NCBI GenBank assembly: GCA_964535495.1
Contig: CAZHUP010000002.1
Coordinates: forward strand, 2,436-66,435
Source: an uncultured Rhodohalobacter sp.
GTDB taxonomy: Bacteria; Bacteroidota; Rhodothermia; Balneolales; Balneolaceae
Length of the DNA stretch: 64,000 bases
Direction: 5' to 3'
A program made the translations under genes and the position numbers. Below, piece by piece: positions 19,964 through 29,921 of this stretch (its first letter is position 1; each line of letters starts with the position of its first letter). The notes beneath the pieces were generated by a model, which was not told where the DNA came from, ran no database searches, and worked only from the letters and a program-made list of their open reading frames with translations.

Positions 19964-20069
19964 TATTTATATAAGTTTTGGCAATAGCTACGATAGTGAT
20001 TTGATATATGCACGATACCGAAACAATTGAGATATTGAATAAATAATAAAAAAGAAAGAAACGAATAAT

Positions 20070-20396
20070 ATGAGTAAACCAATTGAATTCACAGACGATA
20101 ATTTTTCAGATGAAGTAGAAAATTCATCTGAACCTGTATTAGTTGATTTTTGGGCTGAATGGTGTGGTCCATGCCGTATGGTAGGGCCTGTGGTTGAAGA
20201 GCTTGCCGGCGAATATGAAGGAAAAGTTAAAATTGGAAAGGTCAATGTAGACCACAATTCCGAAGTTTCCGTTAAATACGGTATACGGAGTATTCCAACT
20301 TTATTGATCTTTAAAGACGGTGAAGTCGTAGACCAGATCATTGGTGCAGTACCAAAAAATCAAATTAAAAAGCATTTGGACGCGCAAATTGCGTAA
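20070..20396 (+). CDS. trxA: Thioredoxin
   Basis: WAEWCGPC and SIPT. Confidence 0.97.
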   Translation: MSKPIEFTDDNFSDEVENSSEPVLVDFWAEWCGPCRMVGPVVEELAGEYEGKVKIGKVNVDHNSEVSVKYGIRSIPTLLIFKDGEVVDQIIGAVPKNQIKKHLDAQIA

Positions 20397-20419
20397 ATCT
20401 TTTGTTTGACAGAGGAAAG

Positions 20420-20453
20420 AGGCGGTCTGATTTCGAATCGGATCGCCTTTTTT
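20420..20453 (+). terminator. Rho-independent terminator of dnaE-trxA
   Basis: AGGCGGTCTGATT-TCG-AATCGGATCGCCT hairpin plus T-run. Confidence 0.85.
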
Positions 20454-20606
20454 ATTTCATTTAAATTTGGTTAACTGTATCAATAGAGGCAGTTTTTTTG
20501 CTTACATACTGATCTACAATTTTTTACATAAATCAAATAATTGAGACAGAACTATACATTAAATTTGTCCGTTACAGCATTGATATAATTAATTTTAAAT
20601 CCCGAC

Positions 20607-21698
20607 ATGAGTAAAGTTACGAAGCGTATTGTTTTTTATGGAGTTTTGATTGCTGTATTTGCGGCACTGGCTTATCCTAAGGTGAAGCCGATATTTCAGG
20701 GGAATGATGCACAAGCACAAAGTGGGCAAAGAGGCAGTGGCGGACCTTTACAGGTAGAGGCTGTAGAAATGGCGCCTGAAACAATCGAAGATAGAATTTT
20801 TTCAAGCGGTACGATTCAGGCGAATGAGGTTGTTGAGCTGAGTTCTGAGTCATCCGGGATCATCACGGGGATTTACTTTGAAGAGGGCCGCGAAGTAGAG
20901 CGCGGTGATCTGCTGCTTAAAATAAATGACAGTGAGCTTCAGGCACAAAAACAGCGAGCAAATTTTCGGTTAAATCTTGCAGTGCAGAGAGAGGAGAGGC
21001 AGCAAAGGCTTTTGGAGAGAGGCGGAATCAGCCAGGATGATTACGATGCTACACTAAACGAAGTGAATGTACTGCGAGCAGAACTCAACCTTATCGACGC
21101 TCAAATTGAAAAAACGGAGATAAGAGCTCCATTTTCAGGCCGTATAGGTCTTAAGTACGTGAGCGAAGGAAGTTATATCAGTCCTAACATCAGGATTGCA
21201 TCACTGCAGGAAATCGACCCTGTGAAAATTGATTTTTCGGTTCCTGAAAGATATATCTCCCGGGTAGATATTGGAGACAGAATAAATTTTAACGTGCAGG
21301 GAATTGATTCAACATTTGTTGGTGATGTCTATGCTATTGAGCCTCGTATTGATACCCAAACACGAACTCTTCAAATCAGAGCTCTTAGTGAAAATGAGGA
21401 TCAGCTTCTCTACCCCGGAGCATTTGCCAACATTGTGTTGATACTGGATGAGATAAACGATGCGCTTATGGTACCGTCTATATCTGTCGTTCCTGAGTTA
21501 AATTCGCAGAAGGTTTTTGTGGTCCGCAATGGAGTTATCGAACAGGAGAGAGTGCAAACAGGAATCCGAACCAGTGATAAAGTTCAGATTCTGGACGGTG
21601 TGGCTGTAGGTGATACAGTTCTTACAACCGGACTGCTGCAGGTGAATCCCGGCACAGAAGTCAATATTGTGAAATTGAATAAAAGTTCAGAGCTATGA
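20607..21698 (+). CDS. RND efflux periplasmic adaptor (membrane fusion protein)
   Basis: N-terminal TM helix, lipoyl half-motifs (GIITGIYFEEG...GDLL, IRAPFSGRIG), TRTL, LYPGAF. Confidence 0.93.
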   Translation: MSKVTKRIVFYGVLIAVFAALAYPKVKPIFQGNDAQAQSGQRGSGGPLQVEAVEMAPETIEDRIFSSGTIQANEVVELSSESSGIITGIYFEEGREVERGDLLLKINDSELQAQKQRANFRLNLAVQREERQQRLLERGGISQDDYDATLNEVNVLRAELNLIDAQIEKTEIRAPFSGRIGLKYVSEGSYISPNIRIASLQEIDPVKIDFSVPERYISRVDIGDRINFNVQGIDSTFVGDVYAIEPRIDTQTRTLQIRALSENEDQLLYPGAFANIVLILDEINDALMVPSISVVPELNSQKVFVVRNGVIEQERVQTGIRTSDKVQILDGVAVGDTVLTTGLLQVNPGTEVNIVKLNKSSEL

Positions 21699-24600
21699 GC
21701 ATTTCATCACTAAGTATACGTCGCCCGGTTTTAGCCTCGGTCATGTCGATAGTGATTGTGCTGTTTGGGGTGATCTCATTTTTTTATCTGGGTGTGCGGG
21801 AGTACCCTTCTGTTGATCCGCCAATTGTAACGGTTTCCACAAGCTATGTTGGAGCAAACGCTGATGTTATTGAATCTCAAATAACAGAGCCGCTTGAGGA
21901 GTCTGTTAACGGGATTGCCGGTATTCGCACACTTACTTCAACAAGCCGCCAGGGGCAGAGCACCATTACGGTAGAGTTTGACCTGGAGATAGACATGGAA
22001 GCTGCGGCCAATGATGTTCGCGACCGTGTTTCAAGAGCTCAGAGAAACTTGCCACCTGATGCAGAGCCTCCAACTGTACGAAAGGCGGATGCAGATGCTT
22101 CTCCTATCGTATTTTTGAATGTTAACAGCGACCGTAGAAATTTGTTGGAGCTGACCTCCATTGCAGAAAATATCTTTAAAGAGCAGCTTCAAACCATTCC
22201 CGGAGTAAGTGAAATTCGCATCTGGGGCTCGCGGCAGTATGCGATGCGTCTCTGGATGGACCCGCTTAAGCTGGCCGCATACAGTGTGACTCCGCTCGAT
22301 GTGCAGCAGGCATTGAACCGTGAGAACGTAGAGCTTCCCTCAGGCAGAATTGAAGGGAGTGCAACAGAGTTGACGGTACGCACCATGGGCCGGCTTTCAA
22401 CACCCGAAGAGTTTAACAACTTGATTATTCGTGAACAGGATGGCCGTCAAATCAGGTTTCAGGATATCGGGTTTGCAGAACTTGGTGCACAAAATGAACG
22501 CACGGTTCTCAAAAGAAATGGTGTACCCATGGTGGGTGTGGTGGCTATTCCGCAACCCGGTTCCAATCAGCTCTCAATTGCAGAAGAGTTTTTTGTGAGA
22601 GTTGATCGAATAGAGAGAGATCTGCCCGATGATATTGATATTGCCGTCGGTTTCGATACAACGGAGTACATTCAGGATTCAATTAACGAAGTTCAGCAGA
22701 CAATCTTCCTTGCACTAAGCTTGGTTATTCTTGTCATATTCTTCTTTTTACGCGATTTAAGAACTACGTTTATCCCCATTATTGTAATTCCTATCGCCTT
22801 GATTGGGGCCTTCTTTATCATGTATATCGCAGGCTTCTCAATTAATGTTTTAACAATGCTGGCTATTGTACTGGCCATCGGTTTGGTTGTGGATGATGCG
22901 ATTGTTGTATTGGAGAACATCTATGCTAAAATGGAGAAAGGATTACCCACCATTGAGGCCGGTATTCTTGGATCTAAAGAGATTTTCTTTGCTGTTGTCG
23001 CCACCTCTCTTGCCTTGGTATCCGTCTTTATGCCAATTCTCTTTTTGGGTGGTACCACCGGCCGATTATTCAGAGAGTTTGGTGTAGTGATCGCGGGAGC
23101 TGTTGTCATATCTTCGTTCGTGGCGCTGACTCTTACTCCAATGCTGGCAACTAAAATTTTAAAAAATGGGGCGGAAAAAAATCGGTTTTATCAAATGACC
23201 GAGCCTTTCTTCCGAAAGGTGAATGATCTATACAGGCGTTCTCTGGAGACTTTTATGAAGCGACGCTGGATGGCATTTGTTATCCTTGCGCTAGCCGCAG
23301 TTGCGATTGGAGGGTTATATTCAATAATACCTGAGGAGCTTGCTCCAAGAGAAGATCGCGGACAGATAAGAATGTTTGCCACAGCCCCTGAAGGAGCATC
23401 ATTTGAGTACATGGATTCGTATGTTGATCAGATGATTGCAACGGTACAAGAAAACGTACCTGAAGTTGTGGCTATGAATACGGTTACATCTCCCGGGTTT
23501 GGTGCTGCCGGTTCAATCAACTCAGCTTTTTCATTTCTGAATATAGGTGATGCATCTGGCAGAGACCGTTCGCAGCAAGAAATTGCAGATCAGCTTACCG
23601 GCCTGATGTCTAACCTTACAGGTGCACAAACGTTTGTATCACAACCTCAATCGATCGGTAATAGACGAGGCGGACTGCCGGTTCAATACGTACTGCAGGC
23701 ACAAACCCTGGAACAGCTTGAAGAGGTAATTCCTGAGTTTTTGCAAGAAGCGAATCAAGATCCGGCCTTCGTTTTCGCTGAGGTTGATTTGAAATTTAAC
23801 CGTCCCGAGCTGCAGGTTGAAATAGACAGAAATCGTGCTCGTTCATTAGGAGTTTCTGTGCGGGATATTGCAGAAACGTTACAGTTATCCCTGTCCGGAA
23901 GCAGGTTTGGATTCTTTATTATGGATGGGAAGCAGTACTGGGTGATTGGACAGATGGATCGTCAGTACAGAAACGAACCCATTGACCTTAAAACTATTTA
24001 CGTGAGAGGGCAGGATGGCTCACTGCTTCAGCTCGATAATCTGGTTACAGTTTCGGAGCGCAGCAGCCCGCCGCAACTTTATCGGTTTAACCGATTTAAT
24101 TCAGCAACTATATCTGCACAGCTTGCTCCCGGATACACGATTGGCGACGGTATTGATGCGATGGATGCCATTGCAGCCCGGATACTGCCCGATAATGTTA
24201 TCACAGATCTAACCGGACCATCCAGGGATTTTGCGGAAAGTGCAGCAAGCCTGATGTTTATTTTTGTACTCGCACTGGTTTTAATCTATCTGGTACTGGC
24301 CGCCCAGTTTGAGAGTTTTCGTGATCCGTTTATCATTCTCTTTACAGTACCATTGGCTATAATGGGAACGCTCGTATCTCTCTGGTACTTTGATCAGACA
24401 CTTAATATTTTTAGCCAGATTGGAGCCATTATGCTTATCGGTTTGATTGCGAAGAACGGAATTTTGATTGTGGAGTTTGCAAATCAACGACAGGAGCAGG
24501 GGATGTCTATCATGGATGCAATTTTGGATGCAGCGGCTGTCAGATTCCGTCCGATTTTAATGACATCTATCTCTACAATACTGGGAATTTTACCTATTGC

Positions 24601-24796
24601 CCTGGCGATTGGTGCCGGGTCAGAAAGTCGCTCTTCAATGGGTATTGCGGTAATTGGCGGCCTGTTAATCGGTAGTTTCCTTACACTCTACATTATTCCC
24701 GCCATTTACTCCTATTTTGCATCTGAAAAGATTAAAGCAAAAGAGATTCAGGAGCGAGCAAAAGAAGCCGAAAAATTAGAAACTGCCAGCGTTTAA
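21695..24796 (+). CDS. RND efflux permease (AcrB/HAE1 family)
   Basis: SIRRPV, proton-relay VVDDAIVV, AKNGIL, RFRPILMT. Confidence 0.96.
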   Translation: MSISSLSIRRPVLASVMSIVIVLFGVISFFYLGVREYPSVDPPIVTVSTSYVGANADVIESQITEPLEESVNGIAGIRTLTSTSRQGQSTITVEFDLEIDMEAAANDVRDRVSRAQRNLPPDAEPPTVRKADADASPIVFLNVNSDRRNLLELTSIAENIFKEQLQTIPGVSEIRIWGSRQYAMRLWMDPLKLAAYSVTPLDVQQALNRENVELPSGRIEGSATELTVRTMGRLSTPEEFNNLIIREQDGRQIRFQDIGFAELGAQNERTVLKRNGVPMVGVVAIPQPGSNQLSIAEEFFVRVDRIERDLPDDIDIAVGFDTTEYIQDSINEVQQTIFLALSLVILVIFFFLRDLRTTFIPIIVIPIALIGAFFIMYIAGFSINVLTMLAIVLAIGLVVDDAIVVLENIYAKMEKGLPTIEAGILGSKEIFFAVVATSLALVSVFMPILFLGGTTGRLFREFGVVIAGAVVISSFVALTLTPMLATKILKNGAEKNRFYQMTEPFFRKVNDLYRRSLETFMKRRWMAFVILALAAVAIGGLYSIIPEELAPREDRGQIRMFATAPEGASFEYMDSYVDQMIATVQENVPEVVAMNTVTSPGFGAAGSINSAFSFLNIGDASGRDRSQQEIADQLTGLMSNLTGAQTFVSQPQSIGNRRGGLPVQYVLQAQTLEQLEEVIPEFLQEANQDPAFVFAEVDLKFNRPELQVEIDRNRARSLGVSVRDIAETLQLSLSGSRFGFFIMDGKQYWVIGQMDRQYRNEPIDLKTIYVRGQDGSLLQLDNLVTVSERSSPPQLYRFNRFNSATISAQLAPGYTIGDGIDAMDAIAARILPDNVITDLTGPSRDFAESAASLMFIFVLALVLIYLVLAAQFESFRDPFIILFTVPLAIMGTLVSLWYFDQTLNIFSQIGAIMLIGLIAKNGILIVEFANQRQEQGMSIMDAILDAAAVRFRPILMTSISTILGILPIALAIGAGSESRSSMGIAVIGGLLIGSFLTLYIIPAIYSYFASEKIKAKEIQERAKEAEKLETASV

Positions 24797-26133
24797 TGAT
24801 GATTCGAACTCATTTATTGTTACTTGTTTCTCTATCGTCACTCTTACTATTTGTTAATACGACATCAGCCCAGAGTGTTTTAACACTCGAGGAGGCCGTA
24901 CAAATTGGACTGGAGAATAACTACGGGCTTCAAATCAGCCGCAACCTGCAGGAACAGGCAGACAACAATTTGACTCTTGGAAATGCAGGTTTCCTGCCGT
25001 CAATAGATTTAACCGCCGGCCGAACAGAGAGAATTGAAGATAGTGAATTCAGATCAGCCGATGGTACAGGCAGCACGAATGAAGGGGCCAGAAGCACAAC
25101 AACAAACGCCGCTATAAATCTGAACTGGACACTTTTTGACGGGCTGACTTCATTTGCCAGATACGACAGACTGGGTAAACTAAAAGAGATCAGTGATGAA
25201 CAGCTTCGTTTTGATATGGAGCTATTGGTGAGCCGAATTGCTCTATCTTACTTCAATATCATACGTATTAGTGAGCAGATGAAAGTTCTTGAGGATAATA
25301 TTGAAGTATCCCTTGAGAGAATAGAAATTGAAGAGACAAAGGTGGATTTAGGATCCGGTTCAGAGTACGATTTACTGCAGGCCCGGTCTGACCTTAATGC
25401 AGATCGCGCCGCTTATATCCGGGAAAGAAACTTACTGAATGAAGCGAAAATAAATTTGAATGAGTTGCTGTCACAAGATCCTAAAACGGACTTTGGTGTT
25501 GTTTCTGAGATTCAGGTGAATCGCTTTTTACCGGAAGAGGAGCTTTTTAACAAATTGATGAATGAGAACGCCGAACTGGCAATTGCCCGATTCGAGCATG
25601 AAGTATCAAGGCTGGAGCTGCGAGAAATTCAGGGAGAGCGGTATCCTCAGCTATCACTGACCTCCGGTTACAGTTTTAACCGAAGTGAGAACGATGGCGG
25701 GTTTTTCCAGTTTAATGAAACAACCGGTTTTTCCATTGGTATTACAGCTCGTGTAAATATTTTTAACGGATTTAATTTGAATAGACGGGTTCAGAATGCT
25801 CAGATCACGCAGAAGAATGCAGAGTTGAACCTCGAGTCTCAAAAGCTTCGTTTAGAATCAGATTTTGAAGCGATTTATCGGAGTTATTTGAACAATCTTG
25901 AGTTGGTAGATCTGGAAGAGGAGAATTTGGCCAATGCCGAGGAGACCTTAGATATCGCTTTGGAACGATTTAGGTTGGGATCGATAAGTTCTCTTGAATT
26001 CAGAGAAGCTCAGCGGACATTTTTGGCAGCAGAAAATCGACTGATCAGAGCTAAATTTGATGCCAAAGTAGCCGAAACTGAATTACTTCAGTTAACGGGT
26101 GAACTGGAACAAATTTTTGCTACTATGCAGTAA
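24796..26133 (+). CDS. TolC family outer membrane efflux channel
   Basis: Signal peptide, LTLEEAV...LENN, duplicated OEP repeat, ERFRLG. Confidence 0.92.
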   Translation: MMIRTHLLLLVSLSSLLLFVNTTSAQSVLTLEEAVQIGLENNYGLQISRNLQEQADNNLTLGNAGFLPSIDLTAGRTERIEDSEFRSADGTGSTNEGARSTTTNAAINLNWTLFDGLTSFARYDRLGKLKEISDEQLRFDMELLVSRIALSYFNIIRISEQMKVLEDNIEVSLERIEIEETKVDLGSGSEYDLLQARSDLNADRAAYIRERNLLNEAKINLNELLSQDPKTDFGVVSEIQVNRFLPEEELFNKLMNENAELAIARFEHEVSRLELREIQGERYPQLSLTSGYSFNRSENDGGFFQFNETTGFSIGITARVNIFNGFNLNRRVQNAQITQKNAELNLESQKLRLESDFEAIYRSYLNNLELVDLEEENLANAEETLDIALERFRLGSISSLEFREAQRTFLAAENRLIRAKFDAKVAETELLQLTGELEQIFATMQ

Positions 26134-26136
26134 AAG

Positions 26137-26553
26137 TCAGCTGCCCCGGTTAATTTTAAACTGAAGAGTAGAGCCGTTGTTTAAAAATTCCATGGAGTCG
26201 GAGAGCTCCTGGATAATAAAAATACCCCGCCCCCCGGTATTCAACAGATTTTCCTGATCTAAAGGATTTTTTGATACAGGTTTTTCGATATCAAAACCCA
26301 GACCCTCGTCGGTTATTCTGGCCACGATCTCCTCATTGGATATTTCAATCTCAACGGATACGTTCTTATTCGGATCGTATTGATTTCCGTGCTCAATGGC
26401 ATTATCCACAGCTTCACTTAAGAGAAGCATGAATGTTGAGGTTTCATCCTCAGACAGTGAAGCTTCAACCTGAATATCAGAAACTATGTCCGGAACCTTA
26501 ACGGCCTCTTCGTGAGTCGATTTGAGCAAGGTCCGGAATGAGTAATCAGCCAT
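26137..26553 (-). CDS. RsbW/SpoIIAB-like anti-sigma factor Ser/Thr kinase (HATPase_c)
   Basis: SEAVDNAIEHGN, ITDEGLGFD, GGRGIFII. Confidence 0.88.
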   Translation of the reverse strand: MADYSFRTLLKSTHEEAVKVPDIVSDIQVEASLSEDETSTFMLLLSEAVDNAIEHGNQYDPNKNVSVEIEISNEEIVARITDEGLGFDIEKPVSKNPLDQENLLNTGGRGIFIIQELSDSMEFLNNGSTLQFKINRGS

Positions 26554-26575
26554 CTGACCGAATTAGCGTGAAAAT

Positions 26576-27883
26576 TTATGCGTAAATGCCGCGCAGTTTT
26601 AAAGTAGTTGCCACTCGGTTGATGGCGTATACATAAGCAGCCTGGCGTAAAGTAATGCTGTACTCTTCACTGACGCTATAGAGATTGTCAAATGCATTTC
26701 GCATCATTCTGTTAAGGCGACGATTTACCCGCTCTTCTGTCCAGAAATATCCCTGCCTGTCCTGTACCCACTCAAAATAGGAGACGGTTACCCCACCGGC
26801 ATTAGCCAGAATATCTGGAATAACCATAACACCATTTTGTTCTAAAATAGCATCAGCATTTGCTGTAACAGGACCGTTCGCTCCCTCAGCAATAATTTTA
26901 GCGCGTATTTTATGTGCATTTTCCTTACTGATCTGATCCTCTTTTGCAGCCGGGATCAAAACATCACACTCTAACTCCAGAAGTTCTTCATTCGAAATTT
27001 TTTCAGCTTCACGGAAGCCTTCGAGGGAGTTGTTATTGTTCTGAGAGTAATCGATCATTTTCGGTATATCCAGGCCGTCATTATTAAAGTAACCACCCGA
27101 AATATCGCTCACTGCTATGATTTTTGCTCCCTGTTCGTACATCAACTGAGCGGATACGGAGCCTACATTGCCAAACCCCTGAACAACAACTTTAGTCTTG
27201 TTGGGCATTATACCCATCTTGTTTAAAGCAGCTAAGGTAACTGTAACCACTCCGCGTCCTGTCGCTTCCTTTCTTCCCTGCGAGCCGCCTAAAATAATGG
27301 GCTTTCCGGTTACAACAGCGGTTTCAGTTCGCTGTGCATTCATGCTGTAAGTATCCATGATCCATGCCATTACCTGTTCATTAGTATTCATGTCAGGTGC
27401 GGGAATATCTCTGTCCGGCCCGAAGACCTCCAGCATGTTGGCAGTATAGCGACGTGTCAGTCGTTCAAGTTCTGTTTTTGAAAGCTCTTTAGGGTTACAG
27501 CGAACACCGCCTTTTGCTCCACCAAATGGGACATTTACAACGGCACACTTCCAGGTCATCCAGGATGCGAGAGCTTTAACCTCTTCGAGATTTACGTCCG
27601 GAGCGAAACGGAGGCCACCTTTAGATGGGCCCAAAACGTTATCATGTATTACCCTGTACCCTTCAAATACTTTAATCTCTCCATTGTCCATTACTACGGG
27701 AACAGATACAATGACCTGCTTTACCGGACTTGCAAGATATTGAAACATACCTTCGTCCAGTTTTAAAATATCGGCGGCAAACCGGAACCGCTCCATCATC
27801 GATTCAAATGGAGACTCTTTGCTTAGTTTTGGCCCGGGTTCCTTGTAGAAATTGGAGTTGGAACTATCTTTTTTTGATGACAT
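26576..27883 (-). CDS. gdhA: Glu/Leu/Phe/Val dehydrogenase (glutamate dehydrogenase)
   Basis: KGGLRF, MTWKCA, PFGGAKGG, PAPDMN, QGFGNVG, EGANGP. The ATG at 27883 is preferred over the track's TTG at 27925. Confidence 0.92.
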   Translation of the reverse strand: MSSKKDSSNSNFYKEPGPKLSKESPFESMMERFRFAADILKLDEGMFQYLASPVKQVIVSVPVVMDNGEIKVFEGYRVIHDNVLGPSKGGLRFAPDVNLEEVKALASWMTWKCAVVNVPFGGAKGGVRCNPKELSKTELERLTRRYTANMLEVFGPDRDIPAPDMNTNEQVMAWIMDTYSMNAQRTETAVVTGKPIILGGSQGRKEATGRGVVTVTLAALNKMGIMPNKTKVVVQGFGNVGSVSAQLMYEQGAKIIAVSDISGGYFNNDGLDIPKMIDYSQNNNNSLEGFREAEKISNEELLELECDVLIPAAKEDQISKENAHKIRAKIIAEGANGPVTANADAILEQNGVMVIPDILANAGGVTVSYFEWVQDRQGYFWTEERVNRRLNRMMRNAFDNLYSVSEEYSITLRQAAYVYAINRVATTLKLRGIYA

Positions 27884-28072
27884 ATATTCGTTGTTATGGT
27901 AGAACTTGATTCTATTTTTAGTCAAATCTGCTTAAGCATACAGAGTGAAAAATACGGCTTTTTCTTCAAGTAGAAACTCTTTTTTTGGTAAAGATTTTCA
28001 GCCGGGTAATATTCTCTTAACATTGAGTTGGTAGTTTTCCGGACTGTGAATCAATAGAAACCGCCGTTATTA

Positions 28073-29215
28073 ATGTCTAAAAAGAAGAAAGTCAAAAAAT
28101 CGAATGGTAAGGTTGTGGTGAGCTACCTTGAGAGCTTGATACCTACCGGTTTGATGGATCTCATCAAGAGTGAGAGGCGGTTTTTAATACTGCTGGGGAT
28201 ATTTTTCTTTGTGGCGGGAGCCACATACGAGACTCCGCATATAGCCATGTGGGTCGGGTTTTTCTTCGCTGCCTACTCTGCCATAGCAAACGACAGTATC
28301 CAGACGATTGGGACATTTCTGGCATCTAATGCCGACAAAAAATGGTGGATACTTTGGCTTTTTATCGGTGGAATTTTTGTACTCACTGTAACGTATAGCT
28401 GGTTTACTTACGACGGAGATGTAACCTACGAGCGACTGACTTCAAAAGGGTTTGATCAGGCTCCACAAAACTTTGTCTTTCTCCAGGTTGCGGCTCCGCT
28501 CTTTCTGTTGATTATTACTCGGCTTAAAATGCCGGTTTCTACCACATTCCTTCTACTCAGTGCATTTGCTACAGAGCCGGAAGGAATCACACAGGTACTG
28601 CAAAAGAGCCTCTCCGGCTATTTTGTGGCCTTTGCTGTGGCTATTATTATTTGGTTGACTTTGAATCGCCAACTCCTAAAATGGTTTAAGGGCGAACCAC
28701 ACCCTGTTTGGCGGCCAATCCAATGGGTTATAAGTGGATGTTTGTGGGCCATCTGGTTAATGCAGGATGCAGCGAATATTGCAGTATATCTGCCGCGGTC
28801 ACTATCAGTAAATGCATTTTTGGTTTTTGTGGGATTCATCTTTCTTGGATTAGGCGTGCTTTTCTATCTGCGAGGAGATAAAATTCAGCAAATTGTGACA
28901 GAAAAATCTGATGTGACGGATGTACGTTCAGCTACTGTAATTGACGGAGTTTATGCAGTAGTTCTCTGGTACTTTAAAGGTGTGAGCACGGTTCCAATGA
29001 GTACAACATGGGTGTTTATCGGATTACTTGCGGGGCGTGAAATTGCGATGAGCCTGACAGATTCCAAAGGAAAGGGCCGGCCAATCTGGGTGTCGGTAAA
29101 ACTGATATTCAAAGATGCCAGCTATGCCATGATTGGATTGATAATCTCAATCATTTTGGCAATTGCAATCAACCCGTTGATTTGGGATGAACTTGTTAAT
29201 TTCATTTTGGGTTGA
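28073..29215 (+). CDS. Polytopic membrane protein, PiT/PHO4 (phosphate/anion:cation symporter)-like
   Basis: About 10 TM helices; repeated PiT-like signatures IANDSIQTIG...MPVSTT and QDAANIAV...VPMSTT. Confidence 0.65.
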   Translation: MSKKKKVKKSNGKVVVSYLESLIPTGLMDLIKSERRFLILLGIFFFVAGATYETPHIAMWVGFFFAAYSAIANDSIQTIGTFLASNADKKWWILWLFIGGIFVLTVTYSWFTYDGDVTYERLTSKGFDQAPQNFVFLQVAAPLFLLIITRLKMPVSTTFLLLSAFATEPEGITQVLQKSLSGYFVAFAVAIIIWLTLNRQLLKWFKGEPHPVWRPIQWVISGCLWAIWLMQDAANIAVYLPRSLSVNAFLVFVGFIFLGLGVLFYLRGDKIQQIVTEKSDVTDVRSATVIDGVYAVVLWYFKGVSTVPMSTTWVFIGLLAGREIAMSLTDSKGKGRPIWVSVKLIFKDASYAMIGLIISIILAIAINPLIWDELVNFILG

Positions 29216-29300
29216 AATTTACATCAAAATAATTCATACTAAATAGGCGTTAAAAAGCCTTGTAAAAGAATTGTATACAGGCGTGTAAAATTTCGATCTG

Positions 29301-29798
29301 ATGAACTCCAATGTACTTGTATTAAATCAGGACTATCAACCACTAAGTGTGTGCTCTGTGCAGCGCTCTGTGAAGTTGCTGTTTCTTGAAAAGGCGGAGA
29401 TGCTTCATGAAGATCCGGAGAAAGTAATTCGTACGGTCGATCAGGAATTTTCTTATCCATCCGTAATTCGACTTCGATATTATATCAGGATTCCATATTC
29501 CAGAATTGTACTCACCCGGAAAAATATCATGAAAAGAGACCGGCATATTTGCCAGTACTGTGGAGTGAAATCTGATTTGACTCTGGACCATGTAATGCCA
29601 AAAAGCCGTGGTGGAAAAGATACATGGGAAAATCTGGTTACCGCTTGTAATAAGTGTAATGTTAAGAAGGGCGACCGGACCCCGGACGAAGCCAAAATGC
29701 CACTTAACACTACTCCATATCGTCCAATTCATATCACATTTTTTCAAAATCTGATGGGCGGTGTGCAAGAGCACTGGAAGCCTTACCTGTATATGTAA
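29301..29798 (+). CDS. HNH endonuclease (McrA-like, stand-alone)
   Basis: RDRHICQYCG, TLDHVMPKSRGG, WENLVTACNKCNVKKG. Confidence 0.92.
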   Translation: MNSNVLVLNQDYQPLSVCSVQRSVKLLFLEKAEMLHEDPEKVIRTVDQEFSYPSVIRLRYYIRIPYSRIVLTRKNIMKRDRHICQYCGVKSDLTLDHVMPKSRGGKDTWENLVTACNKCNVKKGDRTPDEAKMPLNTTPYRPIHITFFQNLMGGVQEHWKPYLYM

Positions 29799-29921
29799 AA
29801 ATGCTCATCGGTTCTGGCTTCCGGAATAAGATCTGCGGTTTCTTCTCGTTAAACAGCTTCATACGATTTACATAGAAAATCCGTATTTTAGCTAGTCTAA
29901 TAAAAAATCAAATCGACATTT

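Noticed and set aside
29301-29798. HNH nuclease as a defence system or homing element
   Set aside because: It belongs to a widespread stand-alone HNH family and sits among housekeeping genes, with no methylase, intron, repeats or ATPase partner.
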